This document shows, one piece after another, positions 39,847 through 50,262 of a DNA stretch of 64,000 bases. The number at the start of each line of letters is the position of its first letter. Position 1 is the stretch's first letter. The position numbers and the translations under genes are program-made. The notes beneath the pieces were generated by a model that made no database searches, was not told the origin of the DNA, and saw only the letters and a program-made list of their open reading frames with translations. This stretch comes from an uncultured bacterium (GTDB lineage Bacteria; Acidobacteriota; Thermoanaerobaculia; Multivoradales; JAHZIX01): NCBI GenBank assembly GCA_965368975.1, contig CBDUPA010000010.1, positions 64,001 through 128,000 on the forward strand. Direction: 5' to 3'.

Positions 39847-41142
39847 ATGGACCACAACATTGCTCAGCACGCGGCTGCCACCCCCGGCACGACCGCTGAA
39901 CACATCGCGCTCGAAGAGCGCTACGGCGCCCACAACTATCACCCCCTCGACGTCGTGCTGGCACGCGGCGAAGGCATCTGGGTGTGGGATATTGAAGGCC
40001 GCCGCTACATGGACTTCCTGGCCGCCTACTCGGCGGTCAATCAGGGACACTGCCACCCACGCATCGTCAAGTCACTGGTCGAGCAGAGCTGCCGCCTGGC
40101 ACTCAGCTCCCGCGCTTTCCGCAACGACCAGTTGGGCTTGTTTTTCCGCGACCTGTGCGAACTCTCCGGCTTCGAGCGCGCGCTGCCGATGAACACCGGC
40201 GCCGAGGCCGTCGAGACGACGATCAAGATGGCGCGCAAGTGGGCCTACAAGGTCAAGGGTGTGCCGGAGGACCAGGCCGAGATCCTGGTCTTCGAGCAGA
40301 ACTTCCACGGCCGCACCACCACCATTGTCGGCTTCTCGTCAGACGCCCAGTACCGCGACGGCTTCGGCCCTTTCACCCCCGGCTTCAGGATCCTGCCGTA
40401 CGGAGACGCCGAGGCCCTGCGCGCGGCCATGAACCCCAACGTCGCCGCCGTGCTAGTCGAACCGGTGCAGGGCGAAGGCGGCATCGTTGTACCGCCCAAG
40501 GGCTTCATGCGCGACGTGCGCGAGATCACCAAAGAACACAACGCCTTGTTCATCGCCGACGAGATCCAGTCCGGCCTCGGCCGTACCGGCAAGTTCTTCG
40601 ACCATGAGCACGAGAACGTACGCGCCGACGTCGTGATTCTCGGCAAGGCCCTGTCCGGCGGTCTCTACCCGGTCTCCGTCGTGCTCGCCGACGAAGCGAT
40701 CATGGGTGTCTTCCACCCCGGTGATCACGGCTCGACCTACGGTGGCAACCCGGTAGCCGCCGCGGTCGCCCGCACTGCGCTCAAGGTGCTGGTCGAAGAA
40801 GGCATGATCGAAAACTCCGCGCGCCTCGGCGAGCACATGTTCCAGCGTCTGCACGCCATGAAGTCACCGCACGTCGAGCTGGTGCGCGGACGCGGTCTGT
40901 GGGCCGGCATCGTGCTCAAAGACAGCGCCGGCGGTGCCCGTCGCTTCTGCGAGGCCCTGGAGCGTCAAGGCCTGCTGTGCAAGGAGACGCACGAGAACGT
41001 GATCCGTCTCGCGCCGCCGCTGATGATCAAGAAGGAAGAACTCGACTGGGCACTCGACCGCATCGAGGCGGTGCTGTGCAACGAGGAGCTTCCGAAGCTG
41101 AACAAAGAACTGGCTGCCGCCAAGGTCGCTGCCGGCGGCTGA
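39847..41142 (+). CDS. rocD: Ornithine--oxo-acid aminotransferase
   Basis: AHNYHPL, YSAVNQGHCHP, MNTGAEAVE, DEIQSGLGRTG, GKALSGG, HGSTYGGNP. Confidence 0.95.
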   Translation: MDHNIAQHAAATPGTTAEHIALEERYGAHNYHPLDVVLARGEGIWVWDIEGRRYMDFLAAYSAVNQGHCHPRIVKSLVEQSCRLALSSRAFRNDQLGLFFRDLCELSGFERALPMNTGAEAVETTIKMARKWAYKVKGVPEDQAEILVFEQNFHGRTTTIVGFSSDAQYRDGFGPFTPGFRILPYGDAEALRAAMNPNVAAVLVEPVQGEGGIVVPPKGFMRDVREITKEHNALFIADEIQSGLGRTGKFFDHEHENVRADVVILGKALSGGLYPVSVVLADEAIMGVFHPGDHGSTYGGNPVAAAVARTALKVLVEEGMIENSARLGEHMFQRLHAMKSPHVELVRGRGLWAGIVLKDSAGGARRFCEALERQGLLCKETHENVIRLAPPLMIKKEELDWALDRIEAVLCNEELPKLNKELAAAKVAAGG

Positions 41143-41179
41143 GTTCAGCTTCGTTCCACCGCGACGAGCGTCGCGCAAG

Positions 41180-41215
41180 TCCCGCCCAGGCACCCAGCCG
41201 GGCGGGATTTTCTTT
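41180..41215 (+). terminator. Rho-independent terminator after rocD
   Basis: Stem tcccgccc / gggcggga followed by ttttcttt. Confidence 0.75.
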
Positions 41216-41248
41216 GCCCCTAGCCACCTGCGCTACACTCCCCCTCCC

Positions 41249-42913
41249 ATGATCAACCAAGCGAACCTCTACGAGTCCCTGATCGCCAACACCGGTGCCA
41301 TTCCGAGAATGGCGGAGCCGAGGCCACCGAAGCTGTCTTCAGCGATCGTGCCGTGGCGCCGGGACGCCGACGGCAACGTCGAAGTGTATTGGGTGCGACG
41401 CTCACCGAAGCTGAAGTTCATGGGCGGATGGCGGGCGTTTCCCGGGGGTGGGTTGCAGAAGGCGGACGCGGAGATCGAGGCTTCTGCACGCCTGCACGGC
41501 CGACCTCGAGCGCTGACAGACTTGCCGCCGGACGCGGGCATGCCGGCATCCGACGCACCCGCGGCGGTGACACCGAACGACCATCCGGGGATCGTGGCGT
41601 GCGCGCTGCGCGAGCTGTTCGAGGAGACGGGAATCCTGCCCTCGGTGGAGAGTGGGGTCGAGGGTGAAATCGACGCCGAGCAACTGCACACGCAGCGGCG
41701 GCGCGTGCTCGACGCGGAGAGCCAGAAACGCGGCGCCGGGGCGGTGGCGTTCGCGGACATGCTGCGCGACCTCGACGTACACCTCGACGCGGAGCGTCTG
41801 ACCTTCGCTGGGCGCTGGCTGACGCCACCGATCGCGCCGTTACGCTTCGACAACCGCTTCTTCCTGCTGCACTGGCCAGCTTCGCAGGCAGTTCAGCCGT
41901 CGATCCTACCCGGTGAGCTGGTGGAAGGCAGCTGGGTACGGCCGGCAGCAGCACTCGACGCCTGGTGGCAAGGAGACGTCATCACCTCGCCGCCGATTCT
42001 GCACCTGCTGCGCGTGCTCGGCGAGGACGGCCCCGAAAGCGCTGCCGGATTGCGGCGGCTGCGCGTGCCGGACGAGGCGAATCTAGGGCCCTACCGGTGC
42101 ATCGAGTTCCGACCTGGCGTCATCCTGCTGCCGCTCGAGACGCCGACTCTGCCACCTGCGACGCACACCAACGCCTTTCTCCTCGGCACACGCGAGACAG
42201 TCCTGGTCGACCCCGGTTCGCCCTTACCAGCACAGATCGAAGGGTTGCAAGCCGCGGTGACGGACGCGCGCGCCAAGCGTGGTCTCGACATTCGAGCCAT
42301 CTGGTTGACCCATCACCACCCCGACCACGTCGGCGGTGTCGAGGCGCTGCGCCGTTTCCTGGACGTGCCGGTGCTGGCGCATCCGCTCACCGCCGAGCGG
42401 CTGGCGCCGCGCATCCGCATTGACGAGCACCTGACGGAGGAGCAGCACGTCACGCTGCACGGCACTCCCGAGCACGCAGCGCCGGACATGACGATCCGGG
42501 TGCTCCACACGCCGGGCCATGCGCGCGGCCACCTGAGCTTCTACGACGAGCGTTGGGGCTCTCTTCTGGGTGGCGACATCACCGCCGGCCTGGGCACCAT
42601 CGTCGTCGATCCACCGGAAGGCGACATGGACGACTACCTGGCGTCGCTGGCACGCCTGCGCGATCTGGGTGCGCGCACCCTCTTCCCCGCCCACGGCCCA
42701 GCGTCCACCGATCCGGCCGCCAAGTTTCAGGAGTACATCGACCATCGACTGTGGCGCGAACAGCGCATACTCGACGCCTGGCAAGCTGGACAGCGGCAGC
42801 CGGCGGACATGGTAGGGTCTGTCTACGACGATGTTCCCGCCGTGGCTCATCCAGTCGCGGCGCGGCAGTTGGAGGCCCATCTGGCCCGACTGCGCAAACA
42901 CGGCCGCCTTTGA
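41249..42913 (+). CDS. Nudix-like plus metallo-beta-lactamase-fold (LACTB2-like) fusion
   Basis: AFPGG, ALRELFEETG, RWLTP..RFD; THHHPDHVGG, HTPGHARGH, GDI, PAHG. Confidence 0.88.
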   Translation: MINQANLYESLIANTGAIPRMAEPRPPKLSSAIVPWRRDADGNVEVYWVRRSPKLKFMGGWRAFPGGGLQKADAEIEASARLHGRPRALTDLPPDAGMPASDAPAAVTPNDHPGIVACALRELFEETGILPSVESGVEGEIDAEQLHTQRRRVLDAESQKRGAGAVAFADMLRDLDVHLDAERLTFAGRWLTPPIAPLRFDNRFFLLHWPASQAVQPSILPGELVEGSWVRPAAALDAWWQGDVITSPPILHLLRVLGEDGPESAAGLRRLRVPDEANLGPYRCIEFRPGVILLPLETPTLPPATHTNAFLLGTRETVLVDPGSPLPAQIEGLQAAVTDARAKRGLDIRAIWLTHHHPDHVGGVEALRRFLDVPVLAHPLTAERLAPRIRIDEHLTEEQHVTLHGTPEHAAPDMTIRVLHTPGHARGHLSFYDERWGSLLGGDITAGLGTIVVDPPEGDMDDYLASLARLRDLGARTLFPAHGPASTDPAAKFQEYIDHRLWREQRILDAWQAGQRQPADMVGSVYDDVPAVAHPVAARQLEAHLARLRKHGRL

Positions 42914-42958
42914 GCCACTCCGGTTCTGAAGGCGGCCTTCGTCGCCCAGGTGCCGTCC

Positions 42959-44701
42959 ATGCTGCGACTGAAGATCGAACCCCCGTACCGGCCGCCCTTC
43001 CTCGTCGAGATCCAGCAACCTCGAGTGACCTTCGGCCGCTCGCCGAACAGCGATATCTGCCTCGAAGACCAGTTCGCGTCGCGCACCCACGCCGAGTTGC
43101 GCGTCGATGGCGACACCTGCTGGATCACCGATTTCGATAGCGCCAACGGCACCTTTCTCGAAGGTCGCCGGCTACAGGGCACCGCCCGCCTGAAGCCAGG
43201 GAACCAGATTCAGATCGGCAGCACGACGATCGTCTTCCAGCCATCGAGCCGCCTGACCAGCACCGGCGAGCTGACCAGCGCCGGTAGCCGCACTGGTAGC
43301 CACACTGGCGACGACTCCGACGCGCCCTTCCGGCCGCAGACGCTGATCGCACGCCGCGGCACCGGCACCGGCACGCACCAGACGCGCATCACGTCAGTGA
43401 TCCGGACGCTCCAGCAGGTCTCGCCGCAACCGCAGGTCGACCGGCCGGAACAGACACAGATGCTGGCCGTGATGAGCAAGGTGGGCATTGCGCTGCTCAC
43501 CTCGTCGTCGCTCGACGAAGTCTTGCAGCAGCTGACCGAGCTGATCTTCGAAGGCATTCCGGCCGACCGCGCCTTCTTCCTGCTGCGCGAAGACGACGGC
43601 CACCTGGTGTGCAAGGCCGCCAGCTATCGTGACGAAAACGCAGACTCGACGCCGGCCGACACTGAAGTGCGGCTGAGCAGCTCGATCCGCGAGCTGGTCA
43701 TGGGACAGGGCCAGTCCGTCCTGACCTCGGACGCCCAGGACGATGACCGCTTCCGCGACCGCGAATCGATCGTGCTCAGCGGTGTACGCTCGGTCATGGC
43801 GGTACCGCTAGCCGTCGACGGCGACCAGCTGGGCATGATCTACGTCGACAGCCCGATGAACGTCAACGTCTTCACCGACGACGACCTACACCTGTTGACC
43901 ACTATCGCCAGCGTCGCCGCCATCCGGGTCGAGAACGCTCTGCTGCTGGAGCAGCGGATCGAGAACGAGCGCATCAAGGAGCAGCTCTACAAGGCCTACA
44001 ACATCCAGACGCGATTGCTGCCGACACGACCACCACGTGTCCCGGGCTACCGCCTGAACGGCACCAGCATGCCCTGCTTCGAGGTCGGCGGCGACTACTT
44101 CGACTTCATCCCGCAACCCAACGGGCGCATCCTGCTGGCGCTCGGCGACGTTTCGGGCAAAGGCATGGACGCGGCGATCCTGATGTCCAGCTTGCATGCA
44201 GCCATCCGTGTGCAGGCCGACGCCGGCATGCCTCTGGGTGAACTGACCAACCGCGTCAATCGCTATCTGTGCCAGACGATCCCGATGAATCGCTTCATCA
44301 CCGCCTTCTTGAGCCAGCTGGACCCTGAGACTCACCAGCTGATCTACACCAACTCGGGGCACAATCCGGCCCTGCTGGCACGCGCTACCGGCGAGGTCGA
44401 GTGGCTGCAACCGGACGGTGCTCCGCTCGGCATCTGCGACGATATCTCCTCGATCCCGGAGCGCAAGCTGCACATTCATGTCGGAGACGTGCTGGTGATC
44501 TACAGCGATGGCCTGACCGAGTCGGTCGATCCGGACGATCGCGAGTTCGGCGAGGAGCGGCTGGCGGACCTGGTGTGTCAGAACCACCATCTCGAGCCCG
44601 ACGAGCTACACAAGCTGATCGACCAAAGTCTGACCGAGTTCCTGGGTCAAGAACCGTATCTCGACGACGTCACCTTGGTCGTGCTCAAACGCCTTCGCTG
44701 A
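42959..44701 (+). CDS. FHA-GAF-PP2C (SpoIIE) phosphatase
   Basis: FHA (GRS, SRTHA, SANGT), GAF (VRSVMAVPL), VGGDYFD, GDVSGKG, YSDG, DDVT. Confidence 0.9.
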   Translation: MLRLKIEPPYRPPFLVEIQQPRVTFGRSPNSDICLEDQFASRTHAELRVDGDTCWITDFDSANGTFLEGRRLQGTARLKPGNQIQIGSTTIVFQPSSRLTSTGELTSAGSRTGSHTGDDSDAPFRPQTLIARRGTGTGTHQTRITSVIRTLQQVSPQPQVDRPEQTQMLAVMSKVGIALLTSSSLDEVLQQLTELIFEGIPADRAFFLLREDDGHLVCKAASYRDENADSTPADTEVRLSSSIRELVMGQGQSVLTSDAQDDDRFRDRESIVLSGVRSVMAVPLAVDGDQLGMIYVDSPMNVNVFTDDDLHLLTTIASVAAIRVENALLLEQRIENERIKEQLYKAYNIQTRLLPTRPPRVPGYRLNGTSMPCFEVGGDYFDFIPQPNGRILLALGDVSGKGMDAAILMSSLHAAIRVQADAGMPLGELTNRVNRYLCQTIPMNRFITAFLSQLDPETHQLIYTNSGHNPALLARATGEVEWLQPDGAPLGICDDISSIPERKLHIHVGDVLVIYSDGLTESVDPDDREFGEERLADLVCQNHHLEPDELHKLIDQSLTEFLGQEPYLDDVTLVVLKRLR

Positions 44702-44812
44702 CTCCCCGACCCTCCAAAGAAAAACAGCGCGGCTGGGGGGCCGCGCTAGGCAAATGGACGGACTGGGTCGGAGCGTTAGGAGGAGGGGATCCGCCCGATC
44801 CATCCAGCTGAT

Positions 44813-45301
44813 TCAGTTGGGCAGAATGACCTGATCGATCACGTGGATCGTGCCATTGGAGGCCGTGATGTCGGCGGTGACCACGGTGGCGCCGTCGATC
44901 TTCACCTTGCCAGCTTCGACCAGGATGTCGACCGACTGACCGTTCAGCGTCTCAGCGCTCTCGAGGTCGACCACCTGACTGGAGGTGACGTTGCCGGCCA
45001 CCACGTGGTAGGTGAGGATCTGGGTCAGCTTCGCCTTGTTCTCCGGCTTCAGGAGGTCAGCAATCGTCTCTGCACCAAGGGCTGCGAAGGCTTCGTCGGT
45101 CGGAGCGAAGACGGTGAACGGACCGTCCCCCTTGAGCGCATCGACCAGATCTGCGGCCTGCAAGGCAGCGGCCAGAGTGTTGAACTGACCCGCGGCGACG
45201 GCGGTCTCGACGATGTCCTTCTTCTCATAGTTGCCGCCAGCGAATGCGATCGGCGCGGCGAGGAGTGTGAAGACGACAGTAGCGATCAGGATATTCTTCA
45301 T
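44813..45301 (-). CDS. Secreted fasciclin (FAS1) domain protein
   Basis: Signal peptide from ATG 45301; [37 protein letters not shown]. Confidence 0.92.
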   Translation of the reverse strand: MKNILIATVVFTLLAAPIAFAGGNYEKKDIVETAVAAGQFNTLAAALQAADLVDALKGDGPFTVFAPTDEAFAALGAETIADLLKPENKAKLTQILTYHVVAGNVTSSQVVDLESAETLNGQSVDILVEAGKVKIDGATVVTADITASNGTIHVIDQVILPN

Positions 45302-45482
45302 GGTTCCAACTCTCCTTGTATCTCTATTGGTAATGGCTCTAGCAGCTTGTTGTCTGCAAGGCGGGAAGCTGCGTTCATTGCAACCATTCGACCCTAGGAA
45401 GAGGGTGGATTCATGAAGCTGGATAAAATCTGGACAAAATCTAGACACGCCCACGCCAGCCCCCCCCGCGCCGGCCGTCGAC

Positions 45483-46523
45483 TCAGCCGCCGATGCGGAA
45501 CATCTCGACCTTGTCGGCAGGCTCGAAGGTACCCTGGCGGAGGGCTTCACTGCGCTGCTCCGAATAGCGATCCGCGCGCACCTGCCACAGTGACGCCAGC
45601 CGTACGCGCAGCTGGTCATCGCTCTCACCGGCGCGCAGCGGCGTCTTGATATCGCTACCGTGCTGGGCGAACAGGCAAGTATAGAGCTGCCCCTCGGCGG
45701 ACAAGCGCAGGCGATTGCAGTCACCGCAGAAGGGCTGGGTGACGGAGGGAATGACGCCAACTTCGCCGCCACCGTCGCGGTAGCGATAGCGCAGCGCGAC
45801 CTCGCCGCGATGGGCCGGAGCCACGGGTTCGAGCGGCCAGACGGCGTCGAGGCGCTCGACGATCTCACTCGCCGCCAGCACGGCCGACGGCTGCCAGCGG
45901 TTGACCGTGCCGACGTCCATGTACTCGATGAAGCGCACGGTGTAGCCGTGCTCGCGGCCGAAGCCGGCGAGGTCGACGAGTTCGTGCTCGTTGACATCAG
46001 CCAGGGGCACCACGTTGAGCTTGACCGGCAAACCGGCGGACCGCGCGGCCGTCAGCCCGCGCAGGACGGCGTCGAGGTCGGCGGTCGGCCCACCGATCCG
46101 GCGACAGGATTCTGCATCCAGGGAATGAAAGCTGACGGTGACCCTCGACAGGCCGGCTGCGGCCAGGGGCGCGGCGTTGTCCGCCAGCAGCGCACCATTG
46201 GTCGTCAGCGCTAGATCCTCGACACCCTCAATGGCACGCAACTGGGTAACCAGGCGGTCGAGGTCCTTGCGCAGCAGCGGCTCGCCCCCTGTCAGCCGGA
46301 CCTTGCGCACGCCGAGATCGACACACAGGCGCGCTACGCGGGTCATTTCTTCGAAGCTGAAAATCTCGCGCCGAGGAACAAACGAGTAGGCGCGATCGCC
46401 TGGCATGCAGAAGCTGCAACGGAAGTTGCAACGATCGGTCACCGAGATGCGCAGATCGCGGAGCGGTCGCCGCAGAGTATCAACCACCGTCTGATCAGAA
46501 CGCGGCAGGACAGGCAATGTCAT
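45483..46523 (-). CDS. moaA: GTP 3',8-cyclase MoaA (radical SAM)
   Basis: [38 protein letters not shown]-terminal IGG. Confidence 0.95.
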   Translation of the reverse strand: MTLPVLPRSDQTVVDTLRRPLRDLRISVTDRCNFRCSFCMPGDRAYSFVPRREIFSFEEMTRVARLCVDLGVRKVRLTGGEPLLRKDLDRLVTQLRAIEGVEDLALTTNGALLADNAAPLAAAGLSRVTVSFHSLDAESCRRIGGPTADLDAVLRGLTAARSAGLPVKLNVVPLADVNEHELVDLAGFGREHGYTVRFIEYMDVGTVNRWQPSAVLAASEIVERLDAVWPLEPVAPAHRGEVALRYRYRDGGGEVGVIPSVTQPFCGDCNRLRLSAEGQLYTCLFAQHGSDIKTPLRAGESDDQLRVRLASLWQVRADRYSEQRSEALRQGTFEPADKVEMFRIGG

Positions 46524-46532
46524 CGCGCGACC

Positions 46533-48158
<1,626 letters not shown>

Positions 48159-48165
48159 GGGACCG

Positions 48166-49029
48166 TCAGTTGCCCTCGGGCCGCTGACCGCGCAGCCGGG
48201 TGAGCAGAAGGTGGTTGGTGAAGGGCATTGGCAGGAGGAAGTCGGCTCCCGCTTCGAGGCAGCGGAAGGCACCCTGCAACGCCTCGACCGTGGAAACGAC
48301 CAGAATGCGCAGCTGCGGCTCGCCCAGGGCACGCGCTTGCCGGATCAGGGCCTCGGCGTCGCAGTCGGGACTGCGATGATCGACCAGGAGCGCGTACAGG
48401 TCACCGCGGGCCACCGCGGCCAAGACCTCGTTGCTATCGACAGCGCGATGTGCCTCGAAACCGATCTCGCCCAGCTGCCGCTCGATACCCGCGCACAGCT
48501 CGGCGTCGTGGACGGCGACCCAAGCAACCTCGCGATGCATACCGGGCTCTGGACCGCTCACGGGAGCACTACTCACGGGAGCACTGCTCACGGGAACACT
48601 GGCGGCGGCCGGAGTCGGAGCCGGTGCTCGACCGCGTGGAGGAGCCGGCGATGCCTCTGCAGCCTTGCGCCGCAGCAAGTCCTCGACCTTGCGCAGCAGC
48701 CGCCGCAGGTCGACCGGCTTGGTGTCATAGTCGTCGCAACCAGCCTGCAAGGCTTTCTCGGCATCGCCGGACATGGCGTGTGCGGACAGACCGAGGATGG
48801 GAATGCCGCGTGTGCTGCTGTTGGCCTTGAGGATGCGTGTGGCCTCGTAGCCGTCCATCACAGGCAGGCTGATGTCCATCAGGATGAGATCGGGGAGCTC
48901 CGCCTTGGCCTTCTCGATGCTCTCCGCGCCGTCTACCGCGACACTGATCTCGTGCCCACGGCGCGCCAGCCGGCGCTGCAGCATGTCCCGGTTCATCTCA
49001 TTGTCTTCGACGAGCAAAATTCTGGCCAT
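48166..49029 (-). CDS. DivK-like receiver plus Pro-rich linker plus degenerate second receiver
   Basis: ARILLVEDN, LILMDISLP, DTKP; the second domain lacks the acidic pair and conserved Lys (AVHDA, LLVDH, LPMP). Confidence 0.82.
   Translation of the reverse strand: MARILLVEDNEMNRDMLQRRLARRGHEISVAVDGAESIEKAKAELPDLILMDISLPVMDGYEATRILKANSSTRGIPILGLSAHAMSGDAEKALQAGCDDYDTKPVDLRRLLRKVEDLLRRKAAEASPAPPRGRAPAPTPAAASVPVSSAPVSSAPVSGPEPGMHREVAWVAVHDAELCAGIERQLGEIGFEAHRAVDSNEVLAAVARGDLYALLVDHRSPDCDAEALIRQARALGEPQLRILVVSTVEALQGAFRCLEAGADFLLPMPFTNHLLLTRLRGQRPEGN
48556..48600 (-). repeat. 3x15-bp in-frame repeat encoding a (S)APVS linker
   Basis: gctcacgggagcact actcacgggagcact gctcacgggaacact (+ strand). 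Confidence 0.8.
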
Positions 49030-49167
49030 AGGAGCTTTCGTCAAGACTGCCAGCAGTTTCCGTGCCACAGCCGATTGGGCAGTATAGCACCCAGCTCGGC
49101 ACACAGCGGCACGCGTCCGCGCGCGTTTTTGCACCGGTAGACGTCGGACGGCAAGCGCTGGTGCGGC

Positions 49168-50262
49168 TCAGGGTGGAGGTGTCGCTGGCGTGCCGCCTGG
49201 TGGGCTCTGTCCGGGCAGTGCCGGCTCGGGCAAGGGCACCGACGGCAGCGTCACCGTGACGCCGTACTCCAGAGCGCCAGCCGCTGGTGGCGGCGGCAGG
49301 GCCAGCGGCGGCAGGGCCAGCGACAGATCGCTCGGCAGGGCGATCTCGAGCGCCCGTGGTGCCTGCTGCCGGTTGGGCCACAAGCTGCCCGGATCGCGCA
49401 CCGGGTTGAGACCTTCGATCCCCAGCTCCCGCAGGGCTCCGGCGGCCGTAGAGGGTAGCTCGAGTACGGTCTGGGCCAGCGCCTGGCGGCGCCCCGGATC
49501 GAGGCTGGGACCGACCGACAACACCGGCAGGGACAGCGGCGGGCTGGTGTACACGGTGCGCAGGTCGTCACCGAGGTGGGCAGCGAGCAGCGGGTTGTAC
49601 TCGGCGATCAAGGCCGCGTCGGCCTGCTGGAAGAGCACATTGGCCGTGGCACTGAAGTCGTCTTCCTCGTGCACCAGCTGGAAGCGATCCGCCGGATCCA
49701 GGCGGCCGGCGAAGATCTCTTGCTGCAAGAAGCGGTGGAGGCTGGAGCCGGCCGTCTCGACGACCACGACCGAAGCACCGCTCAGGTCGGCGGGCTCCTG
49801 CAATTCGGCACGCTCGGCACGTACGACCAGCACTCGCCGGTAGACCTCCTCGCCGTTGCGCACAAAACGATGTACCGGTTGCAGCTCGATGCCTGGAGGT
49901 AGGTCGAGGAGAAAGCTGACCTCGCTGAGAACCAGCGCGACACGATCACCGTTGGCTTCCAGGTAGTCGTGCGCGTCCTGCCAGCGGCGGAAGATCTCCA
50001 CGCGCAGATCGAGGGCCGCTCCCGTGCCCAAGGCCTGTCCCAGCTCGGTCAGGGCCGCGGCAGCACGGGCTGCATTCTCGATCGGTACCGCCGGCAGGTG
50101 CACCAGCAACACGTCAGCTTCCCGTTCTTGCGCTGCAGCAACTGCCGGCTGCAACATGCAGCCGACCAGCACACAGACGCACAGCCTCCAGAGGTCCGGC
50201 ACGTTCGCGGGCAAGAAACTCAGCCCCCTCAAGGCAGGAACCTCTGCAGCGTCTCGATCCAT
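49168..50262 (-). CDS. PhnD/SsuA-like periplasmic solute-binding protein (no ABC partners nearby)
   Basis: Signal peptide, YRRVLVVRA, PADLSG, ANVLFQQADAALI, VYTSPPLSLP; Pro-rich C-terminus; overlaps the TPR gene. Confidence 0.65.
   Translation of the reverse strand: MDRDAAEVPALRGLSFLPANVPDLWRLCVCVLVGCMLQPAVAAAQEREADVLLVHLPAVPIENAARAAAALTELGQALGTGAALDLRVEIFRRWQDAHDYLEANGDRVALVLSEVSFLLDLPPGIELQPVHRFVRNGEEVYRRVLVVRAERAELQEPADLSGASVVVVETAGSSLHRFLQQEIFAGRLDPADRFQLVHEEDDFSATANVLFQQADAALIAEYNPLLAAHLGDDLRTVYTSPPLSLPVLSVGPSLDPGRRQALAQTVLELPSTAAGALRELGIEGLNPVRDPGSLWPNRQQAPRALEIALPSDLSLALPPLALPPPPAAGALEYGVTVTLPSVPLPEPALPGQSPPGGTPATPPP

Noticed and set aside
41249-42913. Nudix-MBL fusion as a novelty or a beta-lactamase
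   Set aside because: This is a known widespread LACTB2-like architecture; nothing points to antibiotic resistance
45302-45997. N-terminal extension of the fasciclin ORF
   Set aside because: It overlaps moaA in another frame; the signal peptide begins at 45301
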